A stretch of 64,000 nt of DNA, taken from assembly GCA_963717505.1 (NCBI GenBank), contig OY970342.1:1088001-1152000 (forward strand), written 5' to 3'. Source of the DNA: Candidatus Eiseniibacteriota bacterium (GTDB lineage: Bacteria > Eisenbacteria > RBG-16-71-46). Below, in pieces: positions 19,027 through 28,987 of the stretch. Each line of letters starts with the position of its first letter. Within the stretch, counting starts at the first letter, position 1. The notes below the pieces were generated by a model. The model was not told the origin of the DNA. It searched no databases and saw only the letters and a program-made list of their open reading frames with translations. The translations under genes and the position numbers were made by a program.

Positions 19027-20421
19027 ATGTCGAAATTCGATCTGCGCGACGTCTCGGAACGGCTGGCCCGATCGCGGGATACCGAGACGGTCATCCACGA
19101 GTTCTTGAGCTATCTACAGTCGATGCGCCCGGATTGGCGGGCCACCCTGGCCTTCTACGAGGTCAGCCAGGACTCCTTCGTCTCGGTCTACGAGGTGGCG
19201 CCCCAGGGTCTGATGCGGCGCGACGTCCGCATCCCGATGAACCAGCTTCCCCCTCGACTCGTGCGAAAATTCTTTCACCCCAGTGCATTTTTCAATCAGG
19301 CCGAACGCCGCTCGATGCTCAACCAGCTCCTGCAGACCTCCCCGGCCTACGAGCCCGACAGCCTCGAAGCGCCGCAGATGCGGTCCCTGGTTTCGCTGCC
19401 CTACTGGCAATCGTGCATGTGTCTGGCCATGTCCGACCACGACGACATCTTTGGCGTCCTGGTGATCGCGAGCGAGAAGAAGAACGCGTTCGGCAGCCGA
19501 GTGGTCGGCGAGGTCATCCCGATTCGCAGCATGGCGTCGCTGGCGATCGCGCAGCACCTGCACCGCTCGCGCACGGTGACCCCGCCCAGCACCGAGTCGA
19601 CCACGCGCGCGGTCGCCGCCGAGTTTCAGGAGCGCGTGCGCACGCTCGCCCAGCAGACCGCGGAACTCCAGGCCGACAACCGCAAGAAGGCCGCCGACCT
19701 CGAGCGCATCAACGCCGAGCGTGGCGCGCTCGAGAAGAGTTCGACGGATTACCGCGACGAGCTGGAGCGGACGAAGAGCTCGCTGCTGGCGCTCGAAGAG
19801 CAGACCGCCGCCGCGACCATCCACCTGAACGACGCCTACGTTCAGCTCACCGAGTCGGAGAGCAAGGTGGGCGGACTCGAGCAGACGGTGGAGTTCCTGC
19901 ACCAGACCTTCCAGGTCCTGGCGCAGGAGCACGACCCCGAGGCGCTGGCCCCGACCCTGGTCGAGTGGTTCTGCGAGCACTTCGAGCTGGAGCGCTGCAG
20001 CCTGATGCGTCTGGCGCCCGACAACGAAACCCTTTGGATCGCCGCGCAGTGCGGAATGGACCCCTCGATCGTGAACCGCGTCCGCGTGCGCATCGGTCAG
20101 GGCGTGGCCGGGTGGGTCGCCCACCACGGCAAGCCTCTGCTGGTGCGAACCAAAGAGGCGGCGACCGCGATGCACACGGGTAAGGACACCTACAACTCCG
20201 ACTCCTTCATTTCGGTGCCGATCGTCTACTCGAATCGCGTGTTCGGCGTGCTCAACCTGAGCAACAAGCGCGATGGCGAGCCGTTCGACGACCAGGACCT
20301 GGATCGCGCGTTGATGATGTCCACCCTGATCGCGATGAACTTCGCGTTGAGCGAGTCCGGCCGGGGGATGTCGGTGGAAGAGCTGGCGACGCAGCTACGG
20401 TCGGCGGGCGACTCTTCCTAG
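19027..20421 (+). CDS. GAF - coiled coil - GAF protein with no output domain
   Basis: C-terminal GAF (IGQGVAGWVA, SFISVPI, GVLNLSNK, FDDQD); central heptad region; N-terminal GAF-like region; GGAGG RBS. Confidence 0.8.
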   Translation: MSKFDLRDVSERLARSRDTETVIHEFLSYLQSMRPDWRATLAFYEVSQDSFVSVYEVAPQGLMRRDVRIPMNQLPPRLVRKFFHPSAFFNQAERRSMLNQLLQTSPAYEPDSLEAPQMRSLVSLPYWQSCMCLAMSDHDDIFGVLVIASEKKNAFGSRVVGEVIPIRSMASLAIAQHLHRSRTVTPPSTESTTRAVAAEFQERVRTLAQQTAELQADNRKKAADLERINAERGALEKSSTDYRDELERTKSSLLALEEQTAAATIHLNDAYVQLTESESKVGGLEQTVEFLHQTFQVLAQEHDPEALAPTLVEWFCEHFELERCSLMRLAPDNETLWIAAQCGMDPSIVNRVRVRIGQGVAGWVAHHGKPLLVRTKEAATAMHTGKDTYNSDSFISVPIVYSNRVFGVLNLSNKRDGEPFDDQDLDRALMMSTLIAMNFALSESGRGMSVEELATQLRSAGDSS

Positions 20422-20963
20422 TTTCGGCCGCGGCGGCCGGCCGTGGGTCGGCGCGCCCCGGGGACGCGATAGAACTCCGCCAGCGCCTGCGTGTGCGAAC
20501 GAAACGCCAGGGGCGCGGGCAAGCGGCCGGGGTCGAAATAGCCGGCCTCGATCGCGTCGTCTCCGGGCTTGAGTCGTCCGGCTTCCCGTTCGGCGCGGAA
20601 CAGAATCAGGATCGAGCGCGTGCGCGGGTCGTCGGTGCCGGCGTAGACGCCGAACAAGCCGGTCAGCTTGCCGCGGATGCCGGTCTCCTCGTGCAGCTCA
20701 CGCAGCGCGCACGCTTCGGGCGTCTCGCCGAATTCCATGAATCCCGCGGGCAGGCACCAGGCGCCGGCGCGCGGATCGAAGCGGCGGCGAACCAGCAGCA
20801 TGGCCCCGCGCCACTCGAGCAGGACGCCGGCCGCGGGAACCGGGTTTCGATAATGGATGTATCCGCACGCGGCACAGGTCGGCCTGAGGGTGCCGTGTTC
20901 ATCCTGTAGGGAGAGCTCGGTCGCGCAGTAGGGGCAGAAGCGAACGGCGGAGCGCGGAGACAT
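20418..20963 (-). CDS. NUDIX hydrolase with N-terminal zinc ribbon
   Basis: FCPYC..CAAC, Nudix box GFMEFGETPEACALRELHEETG. Confidence 0.9.
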   Translation of the reverse strand: MSPRSAVRFCPYCATELSLQDEHGTLRPTCAACGYIHYRNPVPAAGVLLEWRGAMLLVRRRFDPRAGAWCLPAGFMEFGETPEACALRELHEETGIRGKLTGLFGVYAGTDDPRTRSILILFRAEREAGRLKPGDDAIEAGYFDPGRLPAPLAFRSHTQALAEFYRVPGARRPTAGRRGRN

Positions 20964-21139
20964 AGGGGCGCGACGCTACGCAAGCGCGAACGCGCCTGCA
21001 AGAACAGGGCAGGGCCCGGAAGGGAGCGCCGCGCTGCACCAAGCCGCCGTTTGCTGCGATATCGCCCCTTGCGTGCACCTTGCGGTGCCGGCGACTCGGA
21101 TCGACGCTCCCTCTCGGACCTGCTGCCTACCTTTACCCG

Positions 21140-22123
21140 CTAGTTCCCCCGGAGTTCCTGAAGTTCCTGACGGAGACGGTCCAATTCCCGACGAAGATTC
21201 TGGAGCTCCCGCTGGAGGTCCTCGTCGTTGCCCCGAATCCGGACGACCGGGCCGTCGTCGTCGAAGGCGAACGACCGGTAGCCGCGGTGCGTGCGGGCCG
21301 CCCGCGGCTCGTCCAGCTCCGCGGTGAGTGTCTGCCGCGCCCCGCGGCGCAGCACCTCGAACGCCACCTTGCCCTCACGCTCACGGATCTCGCGCATCAG
21401 GTCGTCGCTGTTCGCGATCGCGTCGTCGCCGACCTTCACGACCACGTCGCCCGAGCGGAATCCCGCCTTTTCGGCGGCCGAGCCTTCGACCACCTCGAGC
21501 ACCAGGGCGCCCTTTCCCTCCGGGGCCTTGAAGTACTCCGCGAGATCCTTGTTCATGTCCTGGACGCGCACGCCGAGCCGGCCGTGCCCGAGCGAGAACT
21601 CGAACCCGGAGAGATCACCGAGATCGCGGGTCATGCGCCGGATCTTGTGCTCGTCGGGGATGACGACATGGAACGAACCGCTGTCGCCCTCGTCGTCATC
21701 GTCGTCGCCTTCATCACTCCATTCGGAGCGCGATCCCAGCTTGACCGAGAGCGTCTGGCGACTGCCGTCGCGCAGGACGCGGATCGCGACCGTGTCGCCG
21801 GCCTTGCGCGCGCGGATGATCTCGGTGAACGCGTCGCTGGTCTCGACCGCGCGGTCGTTGACCGTGAGGATCACGTCACCCTTGCGCAGCCCTGAGCGAT
21901 CCGCCGGGCTGTCGTCGATCACCTGGCTGACGAGCACGCCGTTCGCCTGAACGCCGAGGGCTTCGCGCAGGTCGTCGGTCAGTTCCTGCGTGTAGACCCC
22001 GAGCCAGCCGGGTTCCGCGCTCGGCGTGCTCTGCTCGCGGGTCCCCTGGGCGAACGCCACGCCCACGATTGCCACTGAAGCGAGCATCGCGCCCGCCCAT
22101 TTCCACGCTGCCGTTCGTCGCAT
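21140..22123 (-). CDS. Exported double-PDZ protein without a protease domain
   Basis: Signal peptide; two PDZ units (GWLGV..DSPA..GL.KGDVI and GRLGV..GSAAEKAG..GDVV); C-terminal coiled coil. Confidence 0.82.
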   Translation of the reverse strand: MRRTAAWKWAGAMLASVAIVGVAFAQGTREQSTPSAEPGWLGVYTQELTDDLREALGVQANGVLVSQVIDDSPADRSGLRKGDVILTVNDRAVETSDAFTEIIRARKAGDTVAIRVLRDGSRQTLSVKLGSRSEWSDEGDDDDDEGDSGSFHVVIPDEHKIRRMTRDLGDLSGFEFSLGHGRLGVRVQDMNKDLAEYFKAPEGKGALVLEVVEGSAAEKAGFRSGDVVVKVGDDAIANSDDLMREIREREGKVAFEVLRRGARQTLTAELDEPRAARTHRGYRSFAFDDDGPVVRIRGNDEDLQRELQNLRRELDRLRQELQELRGN

Positions 22124-22249
22124 TGGATCAACCCCCTGTGCTAGCGTCCAGCGCCTTCCGGCCAGCCGTGCCATCTTCAGACCACCAGGCCCGTGCCCCG
22201 GTTCCAGGAACTTCCCGCGCTTCGCCGATTCAGATACGGCGCCCCGCCC

Positions 22250-23650
22250 ATGAAGGTCAATGAGCTGTTAAACGTCGATGTCACCGACCTCGCGGTGGGG
22301 GGGCAGGCCATTGCCCGCCACGAGGGCCGGGTGGTTTTCGTCGACCGCGGGCTGCCCGGGGACCGCCTCGGGGTCCGCGTCCGCCGCGTGCACCGGCGCT
22401 ATGCCGAGGCCCGCCTGGTGCGGATCGAGACCGACTCCCCCCTGCGGGTCCCGGCGCCCTGCCCTCACGTTACGGTGTGCGGGGGGTGCCGGTTCCAGGA
22501 CCTCGACTACACCGAGCAGTGCCGGGTCAAGACCCGGATGGTCCGGGAGGCCCTGACTCACCTCGGAGGCTTCGCCGACCCGCCCGTCGCCGACATTGTT
22601 CCGGCCCCTTCGGTGTTCGGCTACCGGAACAAGATGGAGTTCGCCTTCCATCCGGACTCAGCGGGCGGTCCCGTCCTCGGGCTCCACGAGCGCGGCGCCT
22701 TCGACCGGGTGTTCGCGCTCGAAACCTGCCTGCTCTGCTCCGAGCTGACCCGCGACGTCGTCCGCCACACGCAGCGCTTTGCCATCGAGCAGCGTTGGCG
22801 CGCGTACCACGCGCGACACCATCAGGGCGTCGTTCGCTTCCTCACCGTGCGTCACCTGCCGCACACCGACCAATGTGCGGTCCACCTGATCGCGGCGTCG
22901 CCGGAGATCCCGGGGCTCGAGGCCTGGGCCGCGGGTGTCGCGGCGTTGTCGCCCGCGGTGCGCACCGTATCGCTCGCGCTCAATCGCTCGCGATCGAATG
23001 TCGCGTTGGGCGAAGACGAGAAGCTGCTGCACGGCGACGGCCTGGTGGTCGAGCGTCTGCTCGGGCTCGAGTTCGAAGCCGGGCTGGCGTCGTTCCTCCA
23101 GACCAACAGCACGCAGGCCGAAGCGTTGTATCACGCGGCGATCGACGCCGCGGAACTGACCGGCGCCGAAACCGTGCTCGACCTCTATTGCGGCACCGGA
23201 ACGCTGACCCTTGCGTTCGCGCAACGCGCGCGCGCCGCGGTCGGTGTCGAATCGGTCCCGCAGGCCGTGACCGGTGCGCGTCGAAACGCCGGGCGCAACC
23301 GCATCGGCAACGCATCGTTCGTCGAAGGCGAAGCGCGCGCCGTGCTGCGCCAGTGGGCCCGTGGCGAGCGTCCGGACGCGCCGCGTCCCGAGGTCGTGGT
23401 GGTGGATCCGCCGCGCGCCGGACTTCACCCGCGGGTGGTCGCGCGCGTCACCGAACTCGCGCCTCGACGCATCGTCTATGTCTCCTGCAATCCGGCGACT
23501 CTAGCCCGCGACCTGAGGGATTTCGCCCAACGCGGCTTCGTCCTGGCGGAGCTCAGGCCGTTCGACATGTTCCCGCACACGCCGCACATCGAGTCCGTGG
23601 CGCGGCTCGAACCCGGCTCGGCCACCCTTTCCGATGTGGCAACGGGCTGA
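22250..23650 (+). CDS. rlmD: 23S rRNA (uracil-C5)-methyltransferase RlmD/RumA family
   Basis: TRAM N-terminus, C..CGGC Fe-S motif, YRNKMEF, DLYCGTG, VDPPRAG, YVSCNP, DMFPHTPHIE. Confidence 0.92.
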   Translation: MKVNELLNVDVTDLAVGGQAIARHEGRVVFVDRGLPGDRLGVRVRRVHRRYAEARLVRIETDSPLRVPAPCPHVTVCGGCRFQDLDYTEQCRVKTRMVREALTHLGGFADPPVADIVPAPSVFGYRNKMEFAFHPDSAGGPVLGLHERGAFDRVFALETCLLCSELTRDVVRHTQRFAIEQRWRAYHARHHQGVVRFLTVRHLPHTDQCAVHLIAASPEIPGLEAWAAGVAALSPAVRTVSLALNRSRSNVALGEDEKLLHGDGLVVERLLGLEFEAGLASFLQTNSTQAEALYHAAIDAAELTGAETVLDLYCGTGTLTLAFAQRARAAVGVESVPQAVTGARRNAGRNRIGNASFVEGEARAVLRQWARGERPDAPRPEVVVVDPPRAGLHPRVVARVTELAPRRIVYVSCNPATLARDLRDFAQRGFVLAELRPFDMFPHTPHIESVARLEPGSATLSDVATG

Positions 23651-23687
23651 CATGCCGGGGCGCCGGCGATGCTACTTTGGTAGGTCG

Positions 23688-24467
23688 ATGAGGCCATCTC
23701 CGCTTCAGATCCGACGCGCCGGTCACGGGTCGAGGGCGTTCCTTCGCTCTGCCTTCGCCGTGGCCGCGCTCGTTTCGGGAACGGCCGGCCTGGTATCCAG
23801 TGCCGAAGTCGACTACGGCTCGTATGCGGTTTCGATCAAGGGCACGGCCGTCGGCATCGAGGAATTCGTGTTCGACGTCTACCGCGACACGATCATGATC
23901 ACCGGCGCCTCGCGAACCCTGGTTCAGACGCAGAACGGCCCCGACACCCTCAAGAAGTCCGTGTCCGTCATGCTGAGCTCGTTCGACATGGCGCTGCTCA
24001 GCTACCAGTCCAACGAAGCCATCGCCGGCAACCTCCGGACCCGCGGGCTGGTCATGGCCGACACCCAGTACACCGCCTTCTGGGAGTACAACAAGGTCGG
24101 CGACGCCGTAGTTTTCGACCGCCCCCCGGGGCGACTCTACGTCCATGATCCCGGAGTCTATGTGCTGTTCGACCTGATCGTGCGCGACCTGAACGCGAAG
24201 GAGTTCTCGTCGCGCCCGATCCAGCTCATGGTCCTCGGCCGCCGCGACACCACGATCGAAGCGCAGGTCACTCGCCTGCCGGCGGAGCGAATCCGCTGGG
24301 GACACAAGCCGGTCGAAGCCCGGAAGTACTCGATCAACGACGGCCAGAACGAGCTGATGCTGTGGGTCGACCAGCAGGGTCGACTGCTGCGGCTCGAGCA
24401 GCCGGCCAGCGGTCTGCGAGTCGAGCGCAAAGCGCCCCCGATCAAGACTCCGTCCTCGGGCGGCTAA
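23688..24467 (+). CDS. Hypothetical exported beta-rich protein
   Basis: Clean ORF with signal-like N-terminus and genome-typical codon use. Confidence 0.65.
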   Translation: MRPSPLQIRRAGHGSRAFLRSAFAVAALVSGTAGLVSSAEVDYGSYAVSIKGTAVGIEEFVFDVYRDTIMITGASRTLVQTQNGPDTLKKSVSVMLSSFDMALLSYQSNEAIAGNLRTRGLVMADTQYTAFWEYNKVGDAVVFDRPPGRLYVHDPGVYVLFDLIVRDLNAKEFSSRPIQLMVLGRRDTTIEAQVTRLPAERIRWGHKPVEARKYSINDGQNELMLWVDQQGRLLRLEQPASGLRVERKAPPIKTPSSGG

Positions 24468-26001
24468 CCGCCACCGCGCGCCGGCGCCGCTGAACGCGAC
24501 TCCGACCGCGATCGGAGCCACTCGAGCAGCAGCCGAACCCCGAAGCCGGTCGGGCCCCGCGGCTCGAGCGGTTGATCGGTGAATGCCCACGCGGTGCTCG
24601 CGATGTCGAGGTGGGCCCAACGCAGGCCACGCGCGAAGTGCGCGAGGAACGCGGCCGCGATGCAGGCTCCGCCTTCGCGCGACCCGGAATTCTCGAGGTC
24701 CGCGATGCCGCGGCGCAGCTCGTCGGCGTACGACTCCCAGAGCGGCATGCGCCACAGCCGCTCGCCGGCGTGCTCTCCGGCCGCGGCCAGCTCGGCGGCG
24801 AGTTGGTCGTCGGCCGTGAATAGCCCCGCCGCGGCCCGGCCGAGCGCGATGCTGATCGATCCGGTCAGCGTCGCGAGATCGACCACCACTTCGGGCTGAT
24901 AGCGTTTCGCGAAACACAGGGCGTCGGCGAGCAGCAGTCGGCCTTCGGCGTCGGTGTTGACGACGTCGATGGTCGTGCCATCCATCGCGCGCACGATGTC
25001 GCCGGGCTTGAGCGCCCCACCGCCCGGCATGTTCTCGGCGCTGGGGACGAGCCCGACCACGCGAAACGGCGGATCGAGCGTAGGCAGCGCCGCGAACACG
25101 GCGAGCACGGCGGACGCACCCGCCATGTCGTACTTCATGCGGCCCATGCCTTCATTCGGTTTGAGGCTGATGCCACCGGTGTCGAACGTGACCCCCTTGC
25201 CGATGAGCACGACGGTGGGGGTCTTCGCCGAGCGCGGAGTTCTCGTTCGCCCCGGCGTCCCGCGACCGCGCCGCGGATCGCGCTCGAGCACGATGAAGCG
25301 CGGCGGGTGAACACTGCCACGGCCCACCGCGAGCACCGCTCCCATTCCGAGTCGTCGCAACTCGGGCACTCCCAGCACGCGGATGCGCGCCCCGCTGCGA
25401 CGCGCGACCTCCCTCGCGCGCGCGGCCAGCGTTTCGGGGGGCAGGTCCTGACCCGGGGTCGCCACCAGGTCGCGTGCGAAGGTGACGGCGGCGGCGTGCC
25501 GGCGCCGCGTCGAGCCGCGGCGTCCCACTCGGAACGAACCCGGACCGAGCCGGGCGCCACGATTTCGAGCCGGCGCGCGGCCGGTGGCCCGGGGGTACTG
25601 CGGTAGGCAGTGAACCGATAGCCCCCGAGGCAGGCGCCTTCGACTGCGACCTCGACCGCTGTCGCCGCGGGTTCGCCGTGGATCTCGGGAACCTCGAGCG
25701 CGATCGAGGTGGCGCCCAGCTCACGCGCGCGTCGCGCCGCCTGGCCGGCCCACAATCGCACCCGCTGCGCCGTGAGCTCCCGGCGTCGTCCCGCGCCGAC
25801 GACGATGATCCGCCGAGTCGGACGGCGGCCGACCGGCAGTACGGCGACCTCGAGGAAGCGTCCGGAGAAGTCGCCCGAGCGCTCGAGGGCCGCGAGGGCG
25901 GGTCCGGCGCCGGATCGCCGCGGCCGGGGGCCGCTTCGATCCTCGAACCCGGGAACCACACGCGTATCGGCGGTCGACCCCGAGCCGACTCGAATTTTCA
26001 T
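24464..26001 (-). CDS. pepA: Leucyl aminopeptidase (M17), apparent frameshift at ~25500
   Basis: GKGVTFDTGG, MKYDMAG, NTDAEGRL, ATLTG, HLDIA in 24464-25528; N-terminal M17 domain in the frame starting at 26001. Confidence 0.85.
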
Positions 26002-26236
26002 CCGTCGGACCTCCACCGCAAGTGACAGTAAAGTCGGAGCTTGGTTCCGGCCGATAACTGCGCGTGCCCGCATGGACCGGCGGGACGTTACCGTATCGTC
26101 AAGCGAGAACGAATCCGGTCTTGATCCGGATGCGCTACCACGGGCATGCTGCGCATCGACGAGCTGCTGCGACGGGACACGGAGGTCCTCTCGATCGTGG
26201 GACTCGCGGTCCCCCACACCCCATGGAGGTTGTCTT

Positions 26237-27022
26237 ATGCGTCGTGCCCTTCCCACGCTTGGCTTCTTGCTTCTGGTCGCTGCCCTCGGCACCGGGTGCG
26301 CGAAGCAGGACAGCGCCACGAGTGAAACCACTACGGATAGCTTGCTGGCCACCAATCCCATCGAGCAGCCGCAGGGTGATCTGACACCGCAGGAGGATTA
26401 CAAGCCGGTCGAGGAAGCTCCGCCGGTCGTGACCCCGCCTGCAGCCAAGCCGGCACCGAGCAAGCCGGCACCGAGCAAGCCCACGCCGCCGCCGGCCCCC
26501 AAGGGCGTGACGATCGCCGCGGGAACGCCGATTCAGGTCGAAGTCATGACTGCGCTGACCACTGAAACCGCGCAAGTCGGCGACACCTGGTCGGGTACGG
26601 TCCAGGAGAACATCATCGTCGGCAACGTCGTCGTGATCCCGGCCGGAAGCGTGGTTCACGGCGTGGTCAACGTTTCGAGGGAGGCCGGCGCGGCTAAGAA
26701 GGAAGGCGCCAAGGCGCTGCTCGGCCTGCAGGTCCGGAGCATCGTCGCGAACGGCGAGCAGCACGAGATGAATGCGACCCTCGAGCCGGTCGAAGCCGGC
26801 TCGCCGCGCGCTCGCAACATTGGAGCGGTGGCGGGTGGCGCTGCAGCCGGTGCATTGATCGGCAAGGCGGCGGGCGGCGGCAAGGGCGCTCTGATCGGTG
26901 GCCTGATCGGTGGCGCGGCAGCCGCAACTGGTGTCGCGGCGTCGAAGGGCTACCAGGTCGTGATCAAGGAAGGCACCTCGATCACCTTCACCGTGGACGA
27001 GGACAAGTTCGTCAAGTCCTGA
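26237..27022 (+). CDS. Lipoprotein with Pro/Lys linker and glycine-zipper segment
   Basis: GGAGG RBS, lipobox LGTGC, KPAPS repeats, GAVAGGAAAGALIG..GALIGGLIGG. Confidence 0.78.
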   Translation: MRRALPTLGFLLLVAALGTGCAKQDSATSETTTDSLLATNPIEQPQGDLTPQEDYKPVEEAPPVVTPPAAKPAPSKPAPSKPTPPPAPKGVTIAAGTPIQVEVMTALTTETAQVGDTWSGTVQENIIVGNVVVIPAGSVVHGVVNVSREAGAAKKEGAKALLGLQVRSIVANGEQHEMNATLEPVEAGSPRARNIGAVAGGAAAGALIGKAAGGGKGALIGGLIGGAAAATGVAASKGYQVVIKEGTSITFTVDEDKFVKS

Positions 27023-27045
27023 TCGACTGACGGACTGGAACTCAA

Positions 27046-27085
27046 GCGCGGGCGTCCCCTCGGGGGCGCCCGCGTTGCTGTTTGC
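27046..27085 (+). terminator. Probable terminator hairpin
   Basis: GCGCGGGCGTCCCC pairing with GGGGCGCCCGCGT, followed by TGCTGTTT. Confidence 0.6.
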
Positions 27086-27196
27086 GCTGACCCAGGACGT
27101 GCTCGCCGTGGACCGAAGTGTCCTGAACGGTACGGCAGAGACCGGGTCTCCCTCGCGCGGCCATTGCGCCCCAACGGCTTGCCGCGACCCGCTCGG

Positions 27197-27212
27197 TGGC
27201 ATGTGCGGTGCA
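27197..27212 (+). promoter_or_regulatory. Candidate sigma54 -24/-12 promoter
   Basis: TGGCAT-N5-GTGCA, 55 nt upstream of ATG 27268. Confidence 0.35.
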
Positions 27213-27267
27213 GATCAGGCGGAGAGGAAGCTCCCGCCCTGGAGTGTTCGCACCCGTGGAGGACATC

Positions 27268-28215
27268 ATGCACCGACCCCAACACCAACCCGCCCTGGCG
27301 TGGCTCGTCGTCGCGCTGGCACTGGCCGGTTGTAGCCGAAGCGAGACGCCGGTCAGCGGCGGCGGCGGCTGGAATCAGGATTCGGGCGAGATCAGCGGCA
27401 CGATGGCCAGTCAGCCCGACCTGGTCGACGACGGCGAGATGGAGCATTCCGACGAGACGATGATCGAGAACGCTCCGGAAGGCGCGCTGGCCGCGATCCG
27501 GCCGCTGCGCTTCTGGCGTCACATCTCTCGCGTCGATCGCAGGTTCGAGTTCGCGTTCGCGGACAGCGATTCGACCGGACGGCCGACCACCGCGATCGTG
27601 ACCGTGCACAAGGTGTTCCACGGCACGTTCAACATCGCGACATCTTCGACCTCCGACGATTCGTCCACGCTCGCGCGACGCATCGTTCGCAAGCCGTTCG
27701 TCGATCACTGGGTGCGCCGCGTGATGCTGGCACGGGTTCCGGACCCCGGTGCGGTCGACCTGGCGTCGCGTCGTCCGAGGTGGCGGATCGCGGCCACCAC
27801 CGGCGTGCGCGTCCAGTCCGAGCGTCCGCCCGTGGACCGACACGTGAACATCCTCAGTCTGCGACTCCAGTCGGGCGACCTCGACACGACGATCACGTCG
27901 CCGCGCGAGTTCTTCCGCCTGCGCCAAATCCTCAAGCTCGAACCGGGCGCTCACGTGGCAGTCACCGTCACCACCGAGCGGCCGGACGACGTAGTGGTCC
28001 TGCTGCGCACGGGCCTGCGCACGCGGCTACACGCCAACGGCGACAACACGTACTCGGGCCGGTTCCTGGTTCCGTTCGACCGGGGTGTGCGGCACTTCGG
28101 CGTGAACGCGCTCGACCACGAGACGCTCTACGACGACGCGGCTCCGTACAACTCGCAGGCGTGGATCTTCCCGTACGCGATCGTGTCGGAGCTGCTGGCG
28201 GAGTACCGCCCGTAA
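27268..28215 (+). CDS. Hypothetical lipoprotein
   Basis: GGAGG RBS and lipobox LAGC. Confidence 0.72.
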   Translation: MHRPQHQPALAWLVVALALAGCSRSETPVSGGGGWNQDSGEISGTMASQPDLVDDGEMEHSDETMIENAPEGALAAIRPLRFWRHISRVDRRFEFAFADSDSTGRPTTAIVTVHKVFHGTFNIATSSTSDDSSTLARRIVRKPFVDHWVRRVMLARVPDPGAVDLASRRPRWRIAATTGVRVQSERPPVDRHVNILSLRLQSGDLDTTITSPREFFRLRQILKLEPGAHVAVTVTTERPDDVVVLLRTGLRTRLHANGDNTYSGRFLVPFDRGVRHFGVNALDHETLYDDAAPYNSQAWIFPYAIVSELLAEYRP

Positions 28216-28225
28216 GGCATCGGGT

Positions 28226-28375
28226 TTGCGGGATGTCGGGGTGAGGGTGAGGGGGCCCTTAGGCCGCTCGCTCCGCCTCCTGCGTCGCTCGCTGAGACTG
28301 AGTCGCGCTCCCGCCGTCCCTGGCTCCGCGCGACTCAGACTCGCCTTTGGGCCCCCTCACCACCGACACCCGCAA
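28226..28375. repeat. Nested inverted-repeat element (REP/MITE-like) between convergent genes
   Basis: 13-bp perfect IR 28246-28258/28349-28361; outer IR 28226-28239/28363-28375; inner 11-bp IR 28298-28308/28328-28338. Confidence 0.7.
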
Positions 28376-28408
28376 CATGCGGGAACCCACCAGTGACACC
28401 CGACCGGG

Positions 28409-28912
28409 CTATTCTTCCGGTTCTTCCTTGATCAGCCCGCGACGCTTGAAGATCTCCGCCCACTCCTCGATTTCGCGCTTCGACAGATTCACCGGCTTCT
28501 CGGGCGTCTCCTCCGAGTGCGGACCCAGGGCGCTCGCCAGGAACAGATCGGAGAGGGAAATGTCGGCGCCCATCGCGCGCGCGTGGCGCGCGACCTCGAG
28601 GTCGGACGTCACGACCGTCACGCGTCGGTCGTTGTCCACCTCGCGCTCGACCAAACGGCGGATCACGTCGTCGGCCTTTTCCGGCGGACGCGAGTAGCGG
28701 ACCTCGACGCGACCTTGCGGAGCATCCTCGCCGCCGCCGGTCGCGCCGTCGAACACGACCACGAAGCGCGCATCACCGGGGCCGAAGGTCCAGGCGAGCA
28801 GGTTCTGCAGCTTGTCCCGCGCCTGTTCCAGCGTCCGCTCCGGCCCGGGCCTGAGCTCCGCCGAGCGGAGAATGACGTTGTAGCCGTCGACGATGATCAG
28901 GTGATCGCTCAT
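28409..28912 (-). CDS. NYN-domain (YacP/Rae1-like) ribonuclease
   Basis: IIVDGYNVI, VVFDG, ADDVI, VVTSD acidic motifs. Confidence 0.85.
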   Translation of the reverse strand: MSDHLIIVDGYNVILRSAELRPGPERTLEQARDKLQNLLAWTFGPGDARFVVVFDGATGGGEDAPQGRVEVRYSRPPEKADDVIRRLVEREVDNDRRVTVVTSDLEVARHARAMGADISLSDLFLASALGPHSEETPEKPVNLSKREIEEWAEIFKRRGLIKEEPEE

Positions 28913-28987
28913 GACGTTCCTGGGCCAAAATGAGATCGGGCGCGCTCCCCTGGGAAGCGCGCCCGCCTCGAGCCCTGGCGTGTCGTC

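Noticed and set aside
26447-26481. 15-bp tandem repeat AAGCCGGCACCGAGC
   Set aside because: In-frame KPAPS linker repeat; no spacers, not CRISPR
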